Assembly (NCBI GenBank): GCA_024704765.1
Contig: JAKMXF010000111.1
Location: 1,499,627 to 1,563,626, forward strand
Direction: 5' to 3'
DNA from: Oopsacas minuta
Lineage: Eukaryota > Animalia > Porifera
Length of the DNA: 64,000 nt
The notes beneath the pieces were generated by a model. That model searched no databases, was not told the origin of the DNA, and saw only the letters and a program-made list of their open reading frames with translations. Position numbers and translations under genes: made by a program. Of the stretch, positions 48,544 to 62,275 are shown piece after piece. Positions within the stretch are counted from its first letter, which is position 1. Every line of letters starts with the position of its first letter.

Positions 48544-48861
48544 CAAGCTTGGACCGAGTCATGATTTCCTGACCCGGTGACCCGGCTGACCAGGTAGACC
48601 AGGTTGAAATTTCTGACCCGGTGACCCGGTTTTCAAAACATTAATTTTCTATATTACATATCTATATACGTACATACAAGATTAGTAAAAATACTAATGA
48701 TTCATGAAAATGAAACGTCTAACTAATATTGACTGAATCTTTATGATTTACAAACCGATATAATTTAATTATCCATAAAGATATAAACCGGGTCAAGTCA
48801 AAATCAGTGACCCGGTTCAGACCCGGAAATTTATTGAAAATAATGACCCGGTCCAAGCCTG
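48544..48861. mobile_element. 318-bp hAT MITE nested inside an older foldback (about 48438-48929)
   Basis: TIR CAAGCTTGGACCG / CGGTCCAAGCCTG; perfect TSD TCCCAATG; many subterminal TGACCCGG motifs; outer about 60-bp inverted arms CAACCTGTG.CGACAGCTTAGTCTA. Confidence 0.85.
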
Positions 48862-51370
48862 TCCCAATGCACATTGTGCCACTTTTAAAACAAATGGATT
48901 TTATTAGACTAAGCTGTCGGCACAGGTTGTAATTTTACATAATGCATTTTAGGAATGTTCCACTAATTAGAATGTAGCACATTTTTAGTATATTATTCTA
49001 GAGTTATTTTAGGGTAGAAAACAATCGGAAGTGATTCATTTGGGATTTTGGTTAAACTAATTTAACCAAAGATTGACCGGACATTAATTTGTATTATTAA
49101 TAATGAGTAATCTAAAAAATAATAATAATACAATCATTCAACTAAAAAACACAATAAATTCTTTAGACAAAGTATTATACAATCTTGATAATCTCTAGAA
49201 ACAAATAACTAGACACCACACTATAGTAGTCAACGCATCTTCAGCTAGAGACTAAAGAAAAACAAAGGAAATATAATATACTAACCATAGGGGATCCAAA
49301 TTTCTAATTAGTCACTACTATATCATACAGATAAGAAAGTAGCTGAGCAAACGAATAAAAGGAGAGGCCGGTTTTATAAATCTCATAAAAGTTAAATAAC
49401 CATTCAGAGTTTGTGAATTGACTTTTTAAGAGGAAAATGTCCAATCGACACCCTGACCCCTCAATGCACCGGACCCGACTGATTTTGGGCTCCTGGATCT
49501 GATATATATTTCAGGATATTCAATATTATTCGTCCCCTAATGTACTTAATATTCTATCCTCAAATCTTATGGATAAATAATAATTATCCTACAATTATCC
49601 CCTGTCTATCTTTGGAAACGAAATCTCTAGCATCAATTTGAAATACATGCAAAAAGGTGTGAAAATATGATTAATCCTATGATATATCTGTGAGTTTGTA
49701 ACTTTCAGACTGAAATTCTCAAAATCGGACTCTACTCATCCAATTACCCCTGACAACAAGTTGAAACCTAATTTCTAGCTTGATTTTATAGAAGGTATGA
49801 AAATATGATTAATCACCAAAAAGGTGTGAAATCTTCACTATAGAAAAAATCCATACCCGAAGTGCAAATCTCCGAACCAAAAATGCATTTGTATGCCATT
49901 TTTTATGTTAATTGGACTGCTAGATTTCGCACGACCGCGCGGACGTACGTCGCACATGCACTAAAAAATAGAAATCAGTCAAGACTACTTAAAAGTTGAA
50001 ACGGCTATCCTACATTTCATTTAGGTGACATTCTAGGGCGTAACTAGCATAGAGGCATGAGGCAGAGGAGGCAGCTGCTGCCTTGCTTTTGGGCGTTGCC
50101 TCATCTCCCTATTGTATTCGTTAATACATTGAGGCAAATATTCATCCTTGCCTCCTAGCTCTGGAATCTTCCCAGAAAGTTAGCATTATATAAATTGACT
50201 ATTTTCAAATATTTTGTAAAAAAGGTATTTTATCTAAATTTATGCTAATATTGATTGAAGTCATTCATTACTTCAAACTCAAGATAAATCCATGTTTCAC
50301 GGTAGCTTATTGGAAGACAAATTCTACCATGTCCATGTAGTAATTTATTTATCAAATTAGATTTTGTGAATTTTCAAAAAAATGACATGAAGACATGGCA
50401 AGAAATCTATTCTAAAGAAAATATTCTGATTACTTATCCCGTATAAATGAATAGAGGACATTAATTCATCAAAATACAAGAATTTCAAAGTCTAAAAAAA
50501 AAAAAAATCAACTTCCAATGAGCATTTTGATGTCATGATTTGAATGAGCCTAAACGAGGATGAAGGATGGCCGTTTGAACTTTGTAGGTAGTCTTCAATT
50601 ATTCCTTACATTTTCTACCTAAATATGTAATCAATTCATAAACTTTGATAGGTTAATTTATCTCTGATGAGATGTATAAAACTCGCCTCTCATTATTTGA
50701 TTACTCTGTTACTTTCCTATCTGTATTATATAGTAGTCTAAGGCCCAGCGAATATATACGAATACAAGTACTCCTTAAAGCTAGTGGCGTTTGTCAAAAA
50801 AGTAGTGTAGGGAGGCCGGAGCCCTCCCACAAGTTAAGCCTCTTCTTAGAAAACCTCGGAGAAAACGGCCTATAGGGATATAAGTAGGTGGGTCACCCCC
50901 CTCCAAAAGTCCACTACTTAAAGCCTTAATACGTTCCATCTTCTGACTTAATGATTTACCAGATACGAGCGTGCTTCGCTTCTCGTGCTGTGCGGCTTGC
51001 GAACACTCTGTGTTCGCATGGGGCTTAGCGTACTTGATTACCTCAATGTAATTGTTGAGAGCAAGTCTCAAAGTATATTTCGAAGTTTCAACTATTTGTT
51101 TACTTTATATTCATAAAAACAACATTAAATTTGTATATGAAAACTTAAAATTCGAAATTCAGATTCAGCGAACTTGATTACCCCAATGTAATTGTTTACT
51201 TTCCCTATATCGTAATTAAAAGGATATGTTATTCCTTATATTATATGCAAATCATCTTCCCCTATCATTAAAATACAAAGGGAACAAACACACAAACAAA
51301 CAAACACACAAACAACAGACACAGACACAAACACACAATAATTGAGATTTAGAATATAGATAAACTACTA

Positions 51371-53084
51371 CGGGCGTTCAATATATTCTGATCACTGTGT
51401 TACTGTGGGGATTTATAACACAACAATAATATATTGATATTTGAATATGAATACTTAATCCTCTGTCTACAAGCTAGTATGATTTTTTCATTATCGCTTA
51501 AAAACTCAACAAGTTATATCAAATTTTACAACAGGTGTTTTTTATACTATACCTTTATGACATCACTTGGCAAGAGTTCTAAAATCGAGCAAAGAGCTTA
51601 TGTCAAGATTCGTACTCTCCTCGGGAAATCTGCACACGAGATACATCTTGATTTGGTTCAAGTCTATACTACGAAAGGTGCTCTGTCTTGTGCAGGAGTC
51701 AGAAGATGGGCTCAGCGTTTCAGGCTGGGAAGAAAGTCTATCGAAGATGACCCTCGGCCTGGAGCACCAATTACGGCGGCATCTCCCATTAAATCGTGCG
51801 CTATTAAGAAACTGATAGACCTAGACCCACATATAACTATCAGGGAACTTTCTAATCTCTTTGATGATTTTCTAACTCATGAAGTGTAGAGAAGTACTTA
51901 TCATATTGAGTGCATAAGAATAGACTGTTATGGTCCAGAGAGTTGTTTCTATCCGTGCTAGTATGTCCAGTTGCCCTGGGTATAACAGCTCCCTTAGATG
52001 GTAGGTATACAGTAATGATTTTGAGTGGGGAAAGCTTTACTTCGTTCAGATGCTAGATGGGAGATAGATCTTCTAGGACAAGTAGGAGTGGAATGAATCT
52101 TAAAACAACAAGGACATGAGAAATCTGTAAAGTTGTCACAGAGATTTTTCAGGAATCATAGGTTCAAAATATGGTTAAATAAAGTTAGATATTTGGTGCA
52201 AGATAGTGAGTGCATAGGAATTTCTTAAAATTGTATCCCACATCTAATAGATGGGAAGTGTAGACCACATTTTAAGATCACAGCTCAAGTTGACGAAGGT
52301 TTGTGCCAGATGGGTCCCACATTTACTCAAAAGGCCCAGAAAGAGACAAGGGTGAGATGTTGTCGTGATCTCCTTAAATCCTACAAAGAATGCGACCCGA
52401 GAAGATTATTTGAGATAGTGACTGGTGATGAGACACATGGGTTCAGTATAACACACCTTTTTCCAAACAGGCAAATAAGGTGTGGATAGGAAAGCAGTCG
52501 GACCCTCCGATGATACCGCTTCCAGATTTCAGATCATCGAGGATCATGTATTGCATATTTTTTGATGCACATGGCCCAGTGGCCCAGGTGATAATTCCAA
52601 AGGGACAAACTGTTACTGGAAGCTTCTACACTAGTAATTGTCTTGGTGCAGTGGAAGAAAGCTTGTTGAAGAGGAGAAAAAGGACTGGTGCTAAAGGGTT
52701 GAGATTATTACATGATAATGCCCGTCCTCACAAAACCAAGCAAGTCAAAGAAAAAATCTTAAGGATGGGGATGATTGAGCTTGAACATCCACCCTACAGC
52801 CCAGATCTAGCTCCTTGTGATTTCTATCTCTTCCCTAAGCTTAAGGAATACCTCTCTGGTCGTTATTTTAGCAACAGTGCAGAACTAGGATCGGCGATTT
52901 TCCAGTATCTCAAACGGATACCGCCGGAAGACTATAAAAATATTTTTGTACAATGGTTGGAGAGTCTTCAACGCTGTATAAATAATGGTGGGGAGTATTT
53001 CGAAAACATTAAACACTGATTGTTTGTGTACAACATACTTTTGGGTACTTTTGGGGGTAGTGATCAGAACTTATTGAACACCCG
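51371..53084 (+). mobile_element. Mariner (D,D34D) transposon, interrupted by an about 400-bp insert (about 51860-52260) and frameshifted
   Basis: TA-flanked TIR CGGG(C/T)GTTCAATA..TTCTGATCACT; HTH from ATG 51557; CARWVPH, VTGDET, HDNARPH and YSPDLAPCDFYLF motifs. Confidence 0.93.
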
Positions 53085-53548
53085 TAGTATCATTGGATTA
53101 CTATGTCATCATTATTGTAAAAAATGATAAATTTTACAAGATTTACTTTATGAAAATTAATATAAATCGAGGCAAATAGTGACAGAAATTAGTATCGAAA
53201 GGCTGCGTAGCTGCTTTAGTGTCAAGACAGGAGGCCATAACAATTCTTTTGGTTGGACCATGGATAATAAGTTTAGAAATTTCCGCGATTATCTAATTCG
53301 AGGCAAATAGTACCGTTGAGTATATCTTGTCGCCCAGCGATCTAAAACACAATACAAAATTTAGCTGTTTTATACTTAAGATAAAGATGAGACAAGAATT
53401 AAGAAGTGCAGAGCATACGGTCATCGCGCAGCAACCTAGCATATACGTAAATAGCATGCGAGTAAAATGAAATACAATTCTATAAACTAACCTGATGAAG
53501 CACAGCTGTAACACAACGATAGTGTTGATTTCACTACTAAACTCTCAC

Positions 53549-56024
53549 TTATTGTAACACTGTCCTCTCCATCATCAATAGTTCTTGTTGATTTCGATTT
53601 AATTCCGCATTCAGCACACATGCCAGATCAAGAAGAGGAGTAGTATTATACTTTAATAGAATTTGACAGAGAATTTGAGGGAATATGGAGGGTGGTAACT
53701 TCGGAGAATGACGACAAGGATGGTCGAACCAAGAACATATAATCACAAAGTCACTCTTATCTGAGTTTGGATATTCAGGATGCTGACCATCAGTTTTTCT
53801 AGGAAAATTTTCTACTCCACCATCTTTCCAACTGTTCAGCAGAATCAGTTTAGGCTTAGAGCTCAACATAGGACATTGCTTAGGATTGAATATATCTTGT
53901 ATTTCATCTAACGTCACAACGTCTTTAAGACCTTTGGTAGGCTCTCCTTTCTTCTCCAGGTATAGCCGCTTTTGTATATCGACTCCAAGCAAGCCATCTT
54001 TATTACCGTAGGAACTTAATAGAATATGAAATAGATTTTTATGTTCAAAACTTACATAACTAAGATGTATATCGTGATTTACATCTAATTTATATATATT
54101 GCAATTATACTAGTAACAATTTCTCCCAAAAGAGACCGATAACATTATATATCAGTAAGAAATGTGACAAACTTACAAGAACAAATTTAGCCTCTGGGAC
54201 GATTCCATAAAATCGTGTTTAAAGATATTTTAGATGTCTATTTGTCTATAACTAGACTCTGCTAGCCTAGCGGCGTCGAACCAGGGTCACTCGATGGGGT
54301 TAGGACATATGTTATGAATGGAGTGTTACCATACTGCTGACATTCTGCGTTGCTAGGTAAAAAATCTTCCCAAATATAGTCATAACTACTCAAACGACGC
54401 GGAATTTTGTGGTGATTACGAATATCAACAGATAATAGTTGGAATCTGTAGAAGTTACATACATTTTAACTCCTTCTGAATGTGTCTGAATTGGCCCCAT
54501 AAATTTCCCCCTAACATTTCCGTCCAGGTTTCCAGAAATCTACCCAAGTTTTTTTTCGTACCCATTCACCCAGTAACTCAAATCAAAGTCGAAACCTGCG
54601 TCTCTTGAATTGTACACGGGGTCATAGCTAGGGACAGGACTACAGTCTTACTACCAAATTCAAATTAAATACAAACTAATCAGGTTTTATTATCGCGTTT
54701 TCTTGCATATCAGGTGTTTTTTCTCAGTAATCAAAAATTCTCGAAATCGAGAGCAATTTCCTTTGTTAAATGATTAAACATTGTAATTGTTTAGTCAAAG
54801 TATACTAAATTTTAATGATTTTTGGTGTCTCAGTACAATATAGACTAATTCTATGAACGTAAAGACTAAAAATTCACCCTCCAAGAATAAAATTGTTCAG
54901 TAGTTAAAACGGGTTATTTTGCCAATCGGTTTATTTCGCCTATAACTTGCATTTTGAGGGGGAAAATAAATTTCGACTGTCCTCATAAACCCCCGACAAA
55001 CAGATAAAACGAACATTCTAGCATCAATTTGAATTTTATGCAAAACTGCAAAGGGTCTGATGATCAATCCTATGTTAGGTCATGTAGATATAGATTTCGA
55101 CCAAAAATGTATACGTATACCAATTTTCATGTGAATTGGACTGCTAGATTTCGCAAGAACCTCGGACAGACTGACGTACAGACGTCGCACATCTTCCATG
55201 CCATCAGGGCATCTCCCTAAAGGAACTGTACTAAAAGTTAATTTTCCTCGGGGAATGGTCACGAGGAAAATTCGTTGTCTGATAATTCTGTGACGAATCA
55301 CCTGCGATCAATTCATCTAGTCACCAATTTACAAGCTGATCGTTTTTCGCGACTAACTTTCCGACATTAAAATATAACATATTCAAACATTAAAACAGTT
55401 AGCTTGACAGTAAGGACCGCTGAGAGCACTAGTCCAATTTGATTATGGTCCCTGATTTAAATAGTAGAGGAGAGATATAATTATCACGTGGATAAACTTT
55501 AGGTGAAATCCTACCAGCAGTAAAACACAATGTTTCTGTAAAGCTCGTTATTAAGCGCATCATTTAAGTATTTAAGTATTTAATGATAAACGTTAGCGAC
55601 GTATAAGGAATCCATGGTCCGTAGTATGTATCAGTCAATTGCATTTGTATGTGAGGACTGAGGACAGAGTGATGAATATTACGTATTTCTAGGTAATATA
55701 CAAGCTCTATAAACACAAAGCTTTGCGTTTTAATATTAAAGATTGATTCATTATACTTTATGGCAATAGCCATCATGGAGTGATTATTCAGCTCAGGATC
55801 TCGAGTTTTTTCCCGAAGGTCTTCAATGATTTCTTCTTTCGTCCGATTTTCATAAAAGATTGGCTTTAGTGCAATTGACTTGAATAATTTTCGAAATTCT
55901 TCCTCTCGTCCTCTGTACCATCACGCTGATATCCCGGGATTTCATTGAAACTATTAATAATAATAATTCCATAACCACAATTTTTTTCGTTTAACGTGTA
56001 TGGTTCAGCAGGGAATGAGGCCAT
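53549..56024 (-). pseudogene. Caspase-like gene, 2 exons (56024-55757, 54014-53549), catalytic His->Tyr and Cys->Trp, 1-nt frameshift near 55905
   Basis: YTLNEKNCGYGIIII...RDGTE and (after the frameshift) FRKLF...YENRTKEEI...HSMMAIAI|NSYG; later CPMLSSKPKLILLNSWKDG aligns to the caspase KPKLFxIQACRG motif. Confidence 0.78.
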
Positions 56025-57032
56025 AATATAACTAACACAGCTACAGATAATAAATTTTGTAACACATCGAATAAACATATGCAGTACCCTCGTTTTCCGA
56101 AAACCTTCGCCATATGTGTTCAAGTTAGTTGTTCGCTATTCAGGTAACTAAAATAGTGAACGTATTGGCTAATTATGAAATTCCTGCTCGGGGATATTTG
56201 TGAGGATGTTGTAATTTGTAATATAATACCGTACGGGCAATTGGCTCGTCGCTTCTCGATGAACTCGGCGCATTCCGCCTCGAGGTATTCCACGGACAAC
56301 AAACAGACAAACAACAATTGAGATTTATTAATATTGATGTTGTTTACAATATTCAGACTCAGCATACTCGAGTATACCAGTATAGTCGTTGTAAGTATGA
56401 TTCTACCTCATTTTAAAATTTGTTTACTTTATGTACCTAAAAGTAAACAAATATTCACAATATGTTGTTTACATTACCATATTCGTACTCAGTATACTCG
56501 AGTACCCCAGTATAGTCGTTGAAAGCATGTTTCTACAACAATTTGAAATTTGTTTACTTTATATTCATAAAAACAACAATAAATGTACATGTGATTAATC
56601 CAAAAGTGTGAAAATCGGATTCAGCATGTTCGGTATATTTAGTGAAGTTTTATTGAATTCTATTTACTCCCTTGATAAACACGATAAATTCATAGTTATG
56701 CGATAATTTAAAAGGTGTTGGATAGTCGAGGGTATACTCAATCTACTGTACTCATTCATATATATATATATAGTCATAGCCGCAACTAGGGTCATTTTGG
56801 AATGATACGTGCCCACCCGGAAGCGACTCCACCATAAAACAAAAACTATAGGGCGGGTATGACGTCATCTTGCCAACCCTGACTCATGAGTCTGGTTGCG
56901 CTAATGTAGTATATACATACCAATATTATCATTCAAAAAGATTCAATGTTCATCACAACAATGTTCTCACTATTTACACAATTATTTATAGTATATATGA
57001 AAATAAATATATATCTACTAGTAGCTTCAATA

Positions 57033-59307
57033 TCAACAACAACTGGCCTTCTTCTTACCACTGATCGTAACACCAGGCTTTATGATATCATGTTTATTGT
57101 TAGTATTATCAGCATTGGCATTGCTCTCATTTTTGGCTAAATCCTTTTTAATATCGCTAGCCATTGTCAAAAAGGCTTGTTCGACATTAGTAGCAGATTT
57201 CGCACTTGTCTCTAGAAAATGAACATTCGCTTCATCAGCAAACTCTTTAGCAGTAGTGTAGTCTACGATCTTTGTGCTTGTCATGTCACATTTATTGCCC
57301 ACCAACAACTTAGACACATTAGGAGTACAGCAACGTTCAATTTCCTTGAACCACTTCTCAACGTTATCTAATAATTCGCTTAAATAAATATTCATAAAGT
57401 AGAACTCGGATAAGACGTACACTGGGTTAGTAAGTACTAATTTTTTTCCGAGGGGGTGGGTCTAATCCGAGTTCTACTGTATTATAGAAATAAAGTGGAA
57501 TATTGGACAATTTGCATAATTATGAGTTCACCCGTGATAATTTGATGAATATTACTTAAAACTTTCTATAAATAGGGTAGGGAGCGGAATTAGGCTTAAA
57601 CTGTATTAAAATGTCCAGCAGACAGACTGGTAGTGCAGCTCAAGGTTATTTGTTATGTTCTTTTCAGGGCTCACGCCCCCTACCCCCCGTGTAATACAGC
57701 GAAGCACCAGACCCCGACTGATTTTGGGCTCCTGGATCTGAGAAAAATTTAGGTTCAATAAAATACCAAGCCGTGTTGACTATAATGATACGCACTAATA
57801 TTAGGCCCCTACTGTTCTTCATGTTTTATCCTCAAATCATATGGTTAAGATTCGGAATAACCTGCAATTACCCTATGTCTAACTATTGATACGAGAACAT
57901 AGATTACATTTGAATAAGATTAACATTGGGATTATAATATCATGTTATCCTTCTTTTACACAATTATCATATTTTCCTTCTTATAAATTTCATTCACTTT
58001 GTTTTTTATCAGAAACTCAAACTTTAGTTTCATATTTGTTCACTCAATTTAACCCTCAAAGTTTCTACACCATTAATTATGGTAACTGATGAAGTAGGAC
58101 GTAGAATTGATCGGCAGGGCTGATAAAATTCATGATTATTTCATTTAAATCAGATTTTAGATTTTAATTATTTCTTCTTAAATATAGTGAATAAAATTAC
58201 AATTCTAATCCGATAACGAATCGAATATTCCAAATAATTATGAGTTAAACCCAAAATTATAATTGCTCAATTGAATTGAATTTTGCCAAAAAGATGAAAT
58301 GAGGGAGAATTTTCTCACCCTTATACTGTGGATTCTCGTTAATATAAACACGGTTAATACCAAATTCCGAATAAGACGAACAAATATTTAAATAAATTCT
58401 CTGTTCGTATTAAAGAGGCTCTACTTTGTGAAACTTTTATTAAAGTAAATTTACAATCTGTATATCTAATGATTTTAGCAACTTTGTTTATTGTACGTTT
58501 GATTGGAGCGTAACTAACGAGCAAACGAAGTACGATATCAAACTAAAATCTTGAGTAAGAACATTGTAATGGCAAAATTCATTCAGGCTTGTCTGGGTTG
58601 TATTCGCCTATCTACCGTATAGAAATACGTAGATAGTTAGGATTGGAGAAACGTTTCCCGGAAGATGGTTCTTATATTGGATTACCCCTGACAACTTGTT
58701 GAAACCCAATCTCTAGCTTGCTTTGGAATTTTACACAGAAAGGTGTGAATATATGATTAATCACTATAAAGGTGTGAAATAATCACTTTAGAAAAAGTTT
58801 CAAACCCGAGGTGCAAATCTCCGGCCCAAAATGTACATGTATACCAATTTCAATCGGACTGCTAGATTTCGCACGGCCGGGGAGGGACGTCGCACATCGT
58901 CCATTCCATTAGGGCACCTCCCTATAGGAGCTGTACTAAATAAAACGAAATGACTATTGCCACCGACCAGTCGGTGGCAATAGCCTCACATTTATAATGA
59001 GAATTGACACAATCTTACCAAAACTATCCTGATCAGTTACGTCATACACCACTATGATACCATGCGCACCTCTGTAATACGAATTGAGAATAGTTCTGAA
59101 TCTCTCCTGTCCTGCTGTATCCCATATCTGTAGCTTAACAACTTTACCATCCAAATTGACAGTGTGTAATTTAAAGTCCACGCCAATAGTACTTAGATAA
59201 GATTTAGTGAAAGTACCTTCTGCAAATCTGAGAAGGAGACTTGATTTCCCAACACCTGAGTCCCCGATTATCAGAAGTTTAAATAGGTAGTCATACTCGG
59301 TATTCAT
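57033..59307 (-). CDS. RAB1: Rab1-like small GTPase, 2 exons (59307-59019, 57367-57033), 207 aa
   Basis: [47 protein letters not shown] and C-terminal CC; phase-1 GT-AG intron. Confidence 0.93.
58954..58983. repeat. Perfect 14-bp-arm hairpin CTATTGCCACCGAC-CA-GTCGGTGGCAATAG in the Rab1 intron
   Basis: Directly visible; one arm with its flank recurs at about 14720-14737. Confidence 0.85.
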
Positions 59308-59972
59308 ATTATCTAATAATGTGATTATAGAAATAGAAATTGACTCAATATTTTGTGACACAAATTAAAACACCCCTTGTTCATACTATCGTTGCTATTT
59401 ATGTATAATTAAAGTTAAATAAATATACTTACTACCTTAGTAATAATTTAATATAATTTCTACTTATCAGAGCATAAAGGAGCGCTCCTATTTATTGCAA
59501 ACAATTTACAAATCTCACGTTATTCTGCATAAATTATTTTTGCCATAAAAAGTGGGCTCTGACACTTTTGGATAATTCACAATTTATTGAAATGGTTTGA
59601 CGTTGCACATTTAATAATTTCCAGAGTCTACAATGGTTTAAGTTAATTCTCCTGATTACTGAAGATACAAATCTAATATATATCTGAAAGAATGAAAAGG
59701 AGCGCGATTGGAGCTGTTCCATTTTTCCTGGATCGGGAGCCGGTGTAGCAACCTATTATAACTGCTATATTCGTAGTTTTATTTCATGCAATGCTATATT
59801 TACATTGAATAAACAAATGAATAACCACTACTACGATTAATATTTCAGTGAATTTGAAATTCCTTCGTTGATTCTTTTCAACTTTAGTGGTATAATCTCA
59901 ATTCTTTGTTCATATTACGCAACAGGTATTAAACTAGTAATAACACAGAAATTCTTACAGCTCAATACAGAT

Positions 59973-60261
59973 CAGGGCTTCATCTAGCACTCTCAAATTT
60001 GTGCACCCAAGGTGTGCAGATTATTCTGTTAGGATATATTTTCAAGTTCGTAAATGTATCATGGTATGTATTTTTGATATGATTTGTGTCTGTAATCATT
60101 TTCAAAACCATGCTGCACCAATGGGTGCGCATTACACACCCAAAAGCAAAATGGGTGCGTATTCCGCACCCAGTTGAAAACTTGGTTATACGCACCCTAG
60201 TAAATATTTTCTAAAAAGTGTGCACCCCTGGGTGCGCATTGCGCACCCAGATGAAGGCCTG
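59973..60261. mobile_element. 289-bp hAT MITE
   Basis: TIR CAGG(G/C)CTTCATCT; TSD ATACAGAT / ATGCAGAT; repeated TGCGCACCC / GGGTGCGCA subterminal motifs. Confidence 0.78.
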
Positions 60262-60356
60262 ATGCAGATGCATACGTAAATACAAATCATAAATCAATAT
60301 TTTACTAGCACGTCAGCTTAGTTCAGGTTAGATTAAGTATTAAACAGTTAAATATC

Positions 60357-61499
60357 TTAGCCTGTCCCTTCAAGTCCAATAGTAGTCACAATATGTGCCT
60401 CTATAGAGATTACTTTAATGTTATGACCTCCATAGTTACTAACTGTAATGTTCTGATGTCTGTCTAGACAGATAAGGCAAGGATTAGTGAGTATTTCCTG
60501 TGATGCAATCACTTGAAAGAGGTTCTCATCTCTTGAAAATAATTGTATGAGATAGTCACAATCCTCAAACAGGACTATGAATAGAGATGGAGTAGTTCTT
60601 AGGTCGCAGAGCCTTGTGTCTTGTGTTATGTGAGGAGAGTTAAGTGCTGTTTTCTTGATTATACTCAAATCCTCCAAACCGTAATGAGCTATTTGATTAC
60701 CTTCACACATTCCTGTATACAGTGTATCTACGTCAGCTGTAATACCGGATATGAAACAACCTGTTTCTATTTGACACATTAATTCTCCAAACACCTTATC
60801 CAGCGTGAGGATACTATCTTGACTAAAACATCTAACAAACAGCTGATGAGGTGTTACAGCTATGTCAAAAGGCAAAGACATTCCTTGTAGCTTAATGGTC
60901 CTCTTATAAGAGCCATCTTTACAGAACACCTTAATCCAATGAACCACATAATCACATACATAAATATCTCCGTTACTTCTATCCATTGAGAGACCAGTAG
61001 GAGCAAATATCTCATCACTTTCTCTTCCTTTAGTGACACCAGAACACACTGGTTTGTGTCTGCTCACGTAGGACACTCCCTCAACTACGCGACACAATCC
61101 TCCGATGCCACCTTCCAACCACTCGTCATGCCATTCGAGTCACACAGATGGAACCAGGTCAAAAATCGCCTCCAATATTTGTATTTTCTGGTCCAACTCT
61201 CTTGACACATTTTCAAGAGTTTCATTCAACTCATTATGCACCAAATTTTGTGTCACGTCAGCTTTGGTGATTCGCAGCTGATCCAATTTGTTATGCCTGT
61301 CCACCAATTTAGCCTCTGCCACACGGACCACTTCATCTAGTTGTGCCTCCATTTTTAGAGGTTTCTCTCGTAGCACATGGAAATAGGACTCAAATTTGGC
61401 TCGAAGTTCCTCTTTCGCCATCAACACCTCTCTTCTAAGCCTTTCCAACTCTCTAGCTATCGTCTCTTCATGCATTCCGGTACCAATTGCGGTTGCCAT
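60357..61499 (-). pseudogene. Coiled-coil + NHL-repeat gene with an internal in-frame TGA (61142-61140) and a truncated C-terminus
   Basis: ORFs 61140-61499 and 60357-61118 are in the same frame, separated by one TGA and 7 codons; repeats such as FAPTGLSMDRSNGDIYVCDY; ends at TIGLEGTG*, mid-repeat. Confidence 0.85.
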
Positions 61500-61888
61500 G
61501 CTACAATGAATTATACAAGCACAAGGTAAGTAAAATAATTGTTTCTATAAAATAAAGTATTTACAAATATTTAATTTGAATCATTACAATAGTCCCCATC
61601 ACTTTCTATACTTTCACTCTGCATTTCACTATCAATCCCTTCTTCTCGAGAATTTCCTCGATTTTCATCTAGTAACGAATCTAAAAAACACTTTATCAAA
61701 GTTTTTTATTAGTTTTGACTTTCTTTGCATCGGTTTTCACACTTTCTAACTTTTTTTTACATATTTTTTCTGTTCGCTACTTACAGCATTGAAAAGCTGT
61801 ACAACTCCTTTAGTCCCTAATTGTTGTAAATTTCTCTCACGTGGGGTATCTAGAATATTCGGTTTTTACGCGCCATTTGAGATCGGTG

Positions 61889-62275
61889 TCATTTTTCTAA
61901 CATATGGGAGCTCTTCTTAACATGACGCGCTAATAATTTATTAGTTGACCGTTGGCTCTTAACGCGTGATAATAGAGGTGTAAGTCCACATTCCGATGAA
62001 TTAGTTTGGTCGTTAATAGCAAAATTCTGTTTCAAAGCAAGTTGTTCTAATCCACTTTTCATTTCTGCTAGCTCTTTCAAGTTATCAATGTTTGTTTTGT
62101 TGTTAATTTCGAAGGCTAATTTTAACTAATTCAGCTTAAGGAGAAGTTCATTTTTTTCGAGTTAAGGCTTGTGTAACTATTTTATTGAAATGTTCGTTAA
62201 TGTCAGCTGCAATTTTCTCAAAGATATCTTCAGCTGGGATATTAGGTTGAATAGTTGCCGTTTGAGAAAACAGTA
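61889..62275 (-). pseudogene. Degenerate N-terminal coiled-coil fragment of the same NHL gene family
   Basis: ...IPAEDIFEKIAADINEHFNKIVTQALTRKNELL... resembles the N-terminus of the 9574 NHL gene; stops and frameshifts present. Confidence 0.4.

Noticed and set aside
54266-54357. tRNA-like sequence on the minus strand (CCTAGC...GGTTCGAC...GCTAGG)
   Set aside because: The T-stem 3' strand is largely missing and no convincing D or anticodon arms were found; at best a degenerate tRNA-derived SINE head.
61140-61142. In-frame TGA in the NHL gene as selenocysteine or programmed readthrough
   Set aside because: The gene is also truncated mid-repeat at 60357, no SECIS-like element was recognised, and the position is not a catalytic Cys; simple nonsense mutation is more likely.
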